This document shows positions 59,061-64,000 of a stretch of DNA of 64,000 nucleotides, piece after piece. Each line of letters opens with the position of its first letter. Positions within the stretch are counted from its first letter, which is position 1. The position numbers were made by a program, and so were the translations under genes. The notes beneath the pieces were generated by a model. It was not told where the DNA came from. It searched no databases and saw only the letters and a list, made by a program, of their open reading frames with translations. The DNA comes from a phage. The DNA lies in sequence record PZ540767.1; one strand, written 5' to 3'.

Positions 59061-60242
59061 CTATACAAGCCCTTCCATTGTAAAGTGAACCACTTTGCCA
59101 AATTTTGGTACAAAGTTGGGGTTATCATAAACGAACCAGATTACAGGACGTTTAGGATCTACCAGATTGTGCTGGCTGAGGTAACCATCAGTCAGGATAA
59201 ACATCCCCAGTGATGCTTTATCACGGGCGAAGTCTTCGATGGTACTGTCGATGCAAGTACCGCCACCACCACTGAATTTAACATTGAGCAGATCACGTAC
59301 TGTACATATACGAGAGATATCCTTGATATCAGTATCAAACTGATACAGCTTTATCTCGTCTGGTTTAAACAGTTTCAGTACCTGATAAACACCACCTAAG
59401 AAGATGGTGAACTCTTTCTTGCCAATGGAACCAGATACGTCAATAGCCCATGAAATACGTCCCAGGGACTTACCACGGCGTTCTGGAGCAGTGATATCGT
59501 GTACCAGCATACGACGACGAAGACGTGACCATGTACGGCCAGGCTTACGTGTGACCTTCTCACAGAAGATCTTCAGATAGTGCTGCCAAGGAATTGGAGG
59601 ATTCAGGAGATCCTCAATACGGCGAGCCATATCCTTAGTACCACGCCCAAACTGTTTACCAGTCTGGTTTGCCTCAGCCATTTCAGCTGCCATGTTAGCA
59701 CCCAGTAAGATGCTATCAATTTGCTGCTTCTGGCTATCCTGTTCTTCTTGGGTCAGGGACTGTTTATTGAAATCAGGCATAGGGTTTTTACCCTTGTGAG
59801 TGCCTGGTTTCTTAGCCTCTTCCTGTTGAAGAATCCGGTATACCTGCATGGTGGTCATACCATCAAAGCGGGAGTCTACCAATACCTTAATAGTTGTAGG
59901 CATTGGCATTCCAGACTTTTTCAATTCCAGGTTGATTACATAGTCACCAGCCTGGTTCCACAGATCTTCATCCAGATCGGCAGGGAAAGTAGTGCAGTGT
60001 TCATGCACAATATGCCCAACTTCATGAGCCACCACAAAAGGGTGTTCAGCAGGTTTGAGCATCTCCATGAATTTCTGGTTGTAATACACGGTTAAAGAAT
60101 CCGTGTAAGCAGAATCACAAGGGTGCCCAGCGGGCACTTCCTTATGTTTTAATCTGAGGATCATTGAAGCCCAGAACACATACTTCTCATCCAAAGCCAG
60201 GGTAGTAAAGGCTTTGTCGAGGATCTTCTCAAGTGGTGACAT
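59061..60242 (-). CDS. metallopeptidase-motif protein with probable VWA-like C-terminal domain
   Basis: 393 aa; HExxH-type motif AHEVGHIVHEH in N-terminal half; adjacent to AAA+ ATPase; AAGGAA RBS. Confidence 0.5.
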   Translation of the reverse strand: MSPLEKILDKAFTTLALDEKYVFWASMILRLKHKEVPAGHPCDSAYTDSLTVYYNQKFMEMLKPAEHPFVVAHEVGHIVHEHCTTFPADLDEDLWNQAGDYVINLELKKSGMPMPTTIKVLVDSRFDGMTTMQVYRILQQEEAKKPGTHKGKNPMPDFNKQSLTQEEQDSQKQQIDSILLGANMAAEMAEANQTGKQFGRGTKDMARRIEDLLNPPIPWQHYLKIFCEKVTRKPGRTWSRLRRRMLVHDITAPERRGKSLGRISWAIDVSGSIGKKEFTIFLGGVYQVLKLFKPDEIKLYQFDTDIKDISRICTVRDLLNVKFSGGGGTCIDSTIEDFARDKASLGMFILTDGYLSQHNLVDPKRPVIWFVYDNPNFVPKFGKVVHFTMEGLV

Positions 60243-60251
60243 TGTAATTCC

Positions 60252-61304
60252 TTAGAAAAGTTCGTCAGCGTGGCGAGTACACCAGTTGCTTACCTCAGCA
60301 TTACTGCCGAGTTTAGGGTTACGTGCAATGATGCTGCGCATTGAGATTACCTGGTAGGACGCTGGCATACGCTCAATGAAGGTCATTGCTTTAGCAATGT
60401 TATCTTCAGCTACACCACGAGCCAGTACACCAGTCAGCGCATACATCCAGGATGGTTCATTAGTAGGGATACGAGCACCTTCAGGATCTTTGAGGATCTG
60501 TTCCATAGTTACTACTTTAGAGAAGTAGGTAACGAAGGTACGGAAGCTACGTCCAGTGGCTACACCTACAGTGCCGTCGATCATCGGTTCCCAGCCTTCA
60601 ATAGATTCCAGCGGGGTGATGAGCTTGGACAGCATAGACCAGGTACGAGCACACGCATGGGTATACTCGTTGGCATCCGGGTTGAATTTGTTGAATGCAT
60701 CTGGCTCGTAGTTGAGGAATGCCACAATACGAGGATCCAGAGTTGCAGTGAACAGTTTCAGCCAGTACTTCAGGTTTTCTTTGATGGTCAGGTTGACCAC
60801 ACGAGAACCCAGAGCAGTACCCAGAGAGGATGCAATTGCACCATCATCTTCACGGTTACCAGCAGCCATGATCCACATACGTTTGTGTACGTGTTTCTGG
60901 CCTACTTTCTTGTCCAGAATGAACTTGTAGCTTGCAGCTTTGGTGTCGTCAGCAGCAGAGGTCAGTTCGTCCAGCAGTACCAGGAAACCAGCGTACTGCT
61001 TGCCAGTTTTAGGGTTAACCGGGATAGGATCACCTTCCAGCGGGATTTCATCCAGAGGGATGTATTTACCCTTGGTTTTGTCATCGTTGAAGCCCAGTAC
61101 GCCATTCATGTCTACTGGTTCCATACCAGCCAAACGCAGGTCGATCAGCAGCAGGTTGTAAGTATCAGCTACTTCCTGCGCAATAGAGGATTTACCGAAG
61201 CCAGGAGCACCATACAGCATTGGTACAAGACCCTGCTTCATGATGTGGGCTACGGTAGTAGCAGCTTTGGAAATGTCGAGCGGAGTTGTCAGAGTCGTTG
61301 CCAT
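60252..61304 (-). CDS. AAA+ ATPase, MoxR-like
   Basis: 350 aa; Walker A GAPGFGKS, Walker B-like LLLIDL and LVLLDEL segments. Confidence 0.65.
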   Translation of the reverse strand: MATTLTTPLDISKAATTVAHIMKQGLVPMLYGAPGFGKSSIAQEVADTYNLLLIDLRLAGMEPVDMNGVLGFNDDKTKGKYIPLDEIPLEGDPIPVNPKTGKQYAGFLVLLDELTSAADDTKAASYKFILDKKVGQKHVHKRMWIMAAGNREDDGAIASSLGTALGSRVVNLTIKENLKYWLKLFTATLDPRIVAFLNYEPDAFNKFNPDANEYTHACARTWSMLSKLITPLESIEGWEPMIDGTVGVATGRSFRTFVTYFSKVVTMEQILKDPEGARIPTNEPSWMYALTGVLARGVAEDNIAKAMTFIERMPASYQVISMRSIIARNPKLGSNAEVSNWCTRHADELF

Positions 61305-61305
61305 G

Positions 61306-61545
61306 TTAGATAGTCTCTACTTTAGATGCGGTGAATTTAATACGGTCGCCTAAGCTACCGTCTTTATTGATCATATAACCAATACCCTTACCACCTTGGG
61401 CAAGGATCTTGTTTGATACAGCAGACATTACTTCAGCAGTAATGACTTGAGGATCCATGATAGGCACACCATCAAGGATCACTTGAACAGTAATTTCTGG
61501 GGTAGTGTCGGTAGTGACACCGATTGCTAATGCAACATCGAACAT
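61306..61545 (-). CDS. hypothetical protein (79 aa)
   Basis: AAGGAA RBS; tightly packed with neighbours. Confidence 0.4.
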   Translation of the reverse strand: MFDVALAIGVTTDTTPEITVQVILDGVPIMDPQVITAEVMSAVSNKILAQGGKGIGYMINKDGSLGDRIKFTASKVETI

Positions 61546-61554
61546 GTGAATTCC

Positions 61555-62238
61555 TTAGCAGGAGCAGGAGAAGAAGTTAGGTTTCTCAACATTAGTGAGA
61601 TCACGATTAAGCAATACAGACATTGCTTCCCAAAATTCAGCAGAAGGTCGTTCACCTTCCATAGAGGAACCACCCACCAGGTAGTTATATCCGTTAGGAT
61701 CCTCAATGGCTTCTAACCCCTGATCAAAAAGTTGTTCAGCAGTTATGTCACCCTCATAGTCTGAGAGTTCTTCAGCATAGTTTTCCATGAACTCCCATGC
61801 TTTACCTAACTCAGTACCGATAGCTACATGGGTTTTACGTTCAGCATCATTGAGATCATCCCATGCTTTGGATACTGCTACTTCATGGCTGGTTTCACGA
61901 GAATCAGGAAAATCAGGATGTTCCCAGACGTGGCGAAGGGAAGTGATCATACGTGGGGCCATGACGAACCAAAACGCTTCCCCTGGTAATGGGCCTTTAG
62001 GAAGGAATGGGTCAACAATACCGTGATACGGTACAATTTTACCATCCCATTCAATACCAGTGGCATATGCATGACCGTCAATAATGCCAATACGCTGACC
62101 TGGGTATAGGCCAGCACTTGCTGCTATTACTGGCTCAACACCCAAGTGAATAGCATCACGTTTTTCATCGTGTTGATGGATCATGCCCAGAGTTTCCAGA
62201 GCATCAGTATGGGGAGTACGTTTGTCATTATGGGACAT
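61555..62238 (-). CDS. hypothetical protein (227 aa)
   Basis: AAGGAA RBS; acidic, ends in CSC; no recognisable family. Confidence 0.5.
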   Translation of the reverse strand: MSHNDKRTPHTDALETLGMIHQHDEKRDAIHLGVEPVIAASAGLYPGQRIGIIDGHAYATGIEWDGKIVPYHGIVDPFLPKGPLPGEAFWFVMAPRMITSLRHVWEHPDFPDSRETSHEVAVSKAWDDLNDAERKTHVAIGTELGKAWEFMENYAEELSDYEGDITAEQLFDQGLEAIEDPNGYNYLVGGSSMEGERPSAEFWEAMSVLLNRDLTNVEKPNFFSCSC

Positions 62239-62262
62239 GATTAATTCCTTAATAGGTTGAAG

Positions 62263-62448
62263 TTACTTAATAGGTTTAAACGCATTAGCAGGTAATTTTT
62301 TAGCTCCTGCTACAGCATTCTGAATTGCTTTGATTCTCCCAAATAGGGTGTCAGGTTCACCTGGATAGGATCGGGCAAATTCAAAGCCAGAATGTTCAAG
62401 TTGCCCCTCTTTGGTAACAACCATGTATCCGAATTTAGTTACGATCAT
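62263..62448 (-). CDS. hypothetical protein (61 aa)
   Basis: Strong GGAGGA RBS before ATG at 62448. Confidence 0.45.
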   Translation of the reverse strand: MIVTKFGYMVVTKEGQLEHSGFEFARSYPGEPDTLFGRIKAIQNAVAGAKKLPANAFKPIK

Positions 62449-62532
62449 TAATCCTCCAGATTTTCTGAATAATTAGGGAATAGTGTGAATAACTTTCACA
62501 AACCTGGCTTACATGAAACCAGGTTTAGGAAG

Positions 62533-63369
62533 TTACTTAACAGGGACGAAAGGTACAGAAGCACCTGGCACCATAGTGGTAGGCATTACACCGTTCCACT
62601 TAGCAATGGCATCCAGTTGAATTACGTTCGGGTTAGCAGCGAGTGCTTCACCACGCAATTTGATAGCATCAGCTTCACCTTGGGCACGGATACGTGCAGA
62701 GTCGGATTCACCACGAGCTTTCGCACGTTCTTTCTCCGCTTCAGCTTCAGATTGTTTGATCTCTTGTTCACGCTGCAATGTAACCTGGTTTGCAGTTACT
62801 TTGGCGTTAATGGAAGCAATGACGGTTGGTGGGTATTCAGGCTTGCCCACATAGGACAGACTGATCACCTCAATACCAACTGGGGTCATTTCAGCCTGGA
62901 TCATACTGAGTGCTTGGGTCAAGAGATCAGATTTACCACCATCAATGAACTTGTCAGTAGTCATACGTGAGGCCAGACGGTTCAGGCTGTCAGCAATCTT
63001 CTGTTGCAGATCGCTGTCGGTGATTTCATCCACACCTTTACGATAGGTCTGGAAGACTGTCGCTACTTTAGTCGGGTTGACTTTATAAGCCACACCGATG
63101 TGATAGCCGATGGTTGTACCGTCAGACATTTGGAACGTAAAGATCCCGTCGTAGGTTTTCATCTGCTTGAAGGTCGGGAACGTGTACAGGTCTTCGTTCC
63201 AGCCGATCCAGTAACGGCCTACACCTTTCACTTGCTGTTCAACACCCTTCTCGTCACCGAGACGGTTAACGATAATACCCACGTTACCTGGTTCGACACG
63301 CTCATAGCAGCCTGTCAGCGAGGTCATTGCAACGACTGCCAGAATGCAGCCCATGATAAATTTACGCAT
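62533..63369 (-). CDS. SPFH/band-7 (stomatin/prohibitin-like) domain lipoprotein
   Basis: Signal peptide MRKFIMGCILAVVAMTSLTGC with lipobox LTGC, then SPFH-like core and C-terminal Ala/Glu-rich coiled coil; ORF-track start at 63510 is a non-ATG extension. Confidence 0.55.
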   Translation of the reverse strand: MRKFIMGCILAVVAMTSLTGCYERVEPGNVGIIVNRLGDEKGVEQQVKGVGRYWIGWNEDLYTFPTFKQMKTYDGIFTFQMSDGTTIGYHIGVAYKVNPTKVATVFQTYRKGVDEITDSDLQQKIADSLNRLASRMTTDKFIDGGKSDLLTQALSMIQAEMTPVGIEVISLSYVGKPEYPPTVIASINAKVTANQVTLQREQEIKQSEAEAEKERAKARGESDSARIRAQGEADAIKLRGEALAANPNVIQLDAIAKWNGVMPTTMVPGASVPFVPVK

Positions 63370-63565
63370 GTTTGATCTTCTTTTTGATTTGACGATAAAC
63401 GAAAGTGACCACCAGAGCAGGCCACACCAGAGCACCAGCAATGCCGATGAACACGAGGATGGTATCTTTAGCTGATACCAATGAAGGCAATATGCCTCCA
63501 TACAGGACACCTGACAGGAGTAAGATCACTACTCCATACAGGTAGAGTTTCAGATATTTATTCAT
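63362..63565 (-). CDS. small two-TM membrane protein, possible partner of SPFH protein
   Basis: 67 aa; two hydrophobic segments and basic C-terminus; 8-nt overlap with SPFH gene start. Confidence 0.45.
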   Translation of the reverse strand: MNKYLKLYLYGVVILLLSGVLYGGILPSLVSAKDTILVFIGIAGALVWPALVVTFVYRQIKKKIKHA

Positions 63566-63884
63566 CTGTTTTGCGATTCCTTAAACCAGGGATTGTGTAG
63601 GCTTTGGAGATATACTCCCCAATATAGAAATACTCATGAATTTCACTTTCAATCATTCGTACTTCAGAGCCTGCATCAGTCAGTACGGTGTAACAGGGTT
63701 CTGGCTTAAAGTCGGCAATGCTCATTGTGGATCCGATTTTGGTAATGAAAGCATTACCTAACCGACGTCCATCTTTTGTGCATAGCTGACGATGTAATTC
63801 CAGAGTCCCGGACGGATCGTAACGTTCAGCCCAGTCAGGCAGGACTTCACGTTTAAACTGTTCGTCATACTCTTCGTCTGTCAT
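63558..63884 (-). CDS. hypothetical protein (108 aa)
   Basis: Strong AAGGAGG RBS; start overlaps stop of a partial upstream ORF (ATGA). Confidence 0.45.
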   Translation of the reverse strand: MTDEEYDEQFKREVLPDWAERYDPSGTLELHRQLCTKDGRRLGNAFITKIGSTMSIADFKPEPCYTVLTDAGSEVRMIESEIHEYFYIGEYISKAYTIPGLRNRKTDE

Positions 63885-64000
63885 GAAGCCTCCTTTAAAG
63901 CTTTGTCACGACGCTTACAGTTTTCTTTCTGGCTTACCATTTCCAGATGTGCAGGGTTACAGCACAAGCGATTACGACACTTATGGTCTATCTGCTTCTT
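63881..64000 (-). CDS. partial ORF (C-terminus only), Cys/His-rich nuclease-like motif
   Basis: Hand-translated ...KKQIDHKCRNRLCCNPAHLEMVSQKENCKRRDKALKEAS; truncated by window edge. Confidence 0.3.
   Translation of the reverse strand, partial: KKQIDHKCRNRLCCNPAHLEMVSQKENCKRRDKALKEAS

Noticed and set aside
1-64000. CRISPR array, integrase, repressor or attachment site
   Set aside because: No array of regularly spaced direct repeats was seen and no recombinase or repressor-like ORF was recognised; gene content indicates a virulent phage.

Overview
This window reads as most of the genome of a lytic N4-like podophage (Schitoviridae-type), from a Gram-negative host by the spanin/lipobox evidence; all calls are by eye from the sequence and ORF track, with no database search run. 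The anchor is a single ORF of about 3,550 aa (18561..29198, +), a size diagnostic of the N4-type virion-packaged RNA polymerase. Upstream on the same strand lie terminase large subunit, portal, candidate scaffold, major capsid protein and virion/ejection proteins, several followed by textbook rho-independent terminators. Converging on the minus strand is a replication and nucleotide-metabolism module (SSB, RuvC-like resolvase, primase-like protein, PD-(D/E)xK nuclease, NrdA/NrdB, ThyX, DNA polymerase A, rIIA/rIIB, Dda-like helicase, MoxR-like AAA+ ATPase with a metallopeptidase-motif partner). A plus-strand island (40592..46220) interrupts it, carrying tail fibre genes (one with a C-terminal SGNH/GDSL esterase motif), a lysis cassette (GH24 endolysin, membrane protein, overlapped i-/o-spanins) and an Ig-like decoration protein. 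Five tRNA genes (Gln, Ser, Tyr, Pro, Asn) sit on the minus strand at 5799..6284. No integrase, repressor or CRISPR array was seen. The best candidates for undescribed or anti-defence biology are: a DUF2829/Tad2-like small protein (763..1023), a three-gene operon of unknowns beside the tRNA cluster (4608..5580), a MazG-like pyrophosphohydrolase (6660..7280), an SPFH/band-7 lipoprotein with a small membrane partner (62533..63565), the AAA+/metallopeptidase pair (59061..61304), and a Dam-like methyltransferase with tiny downstream ORFs (46221..47436). Family assignments rest on motifs and gene order recalled from phage N4 and need HMM or structure searches to confirm.
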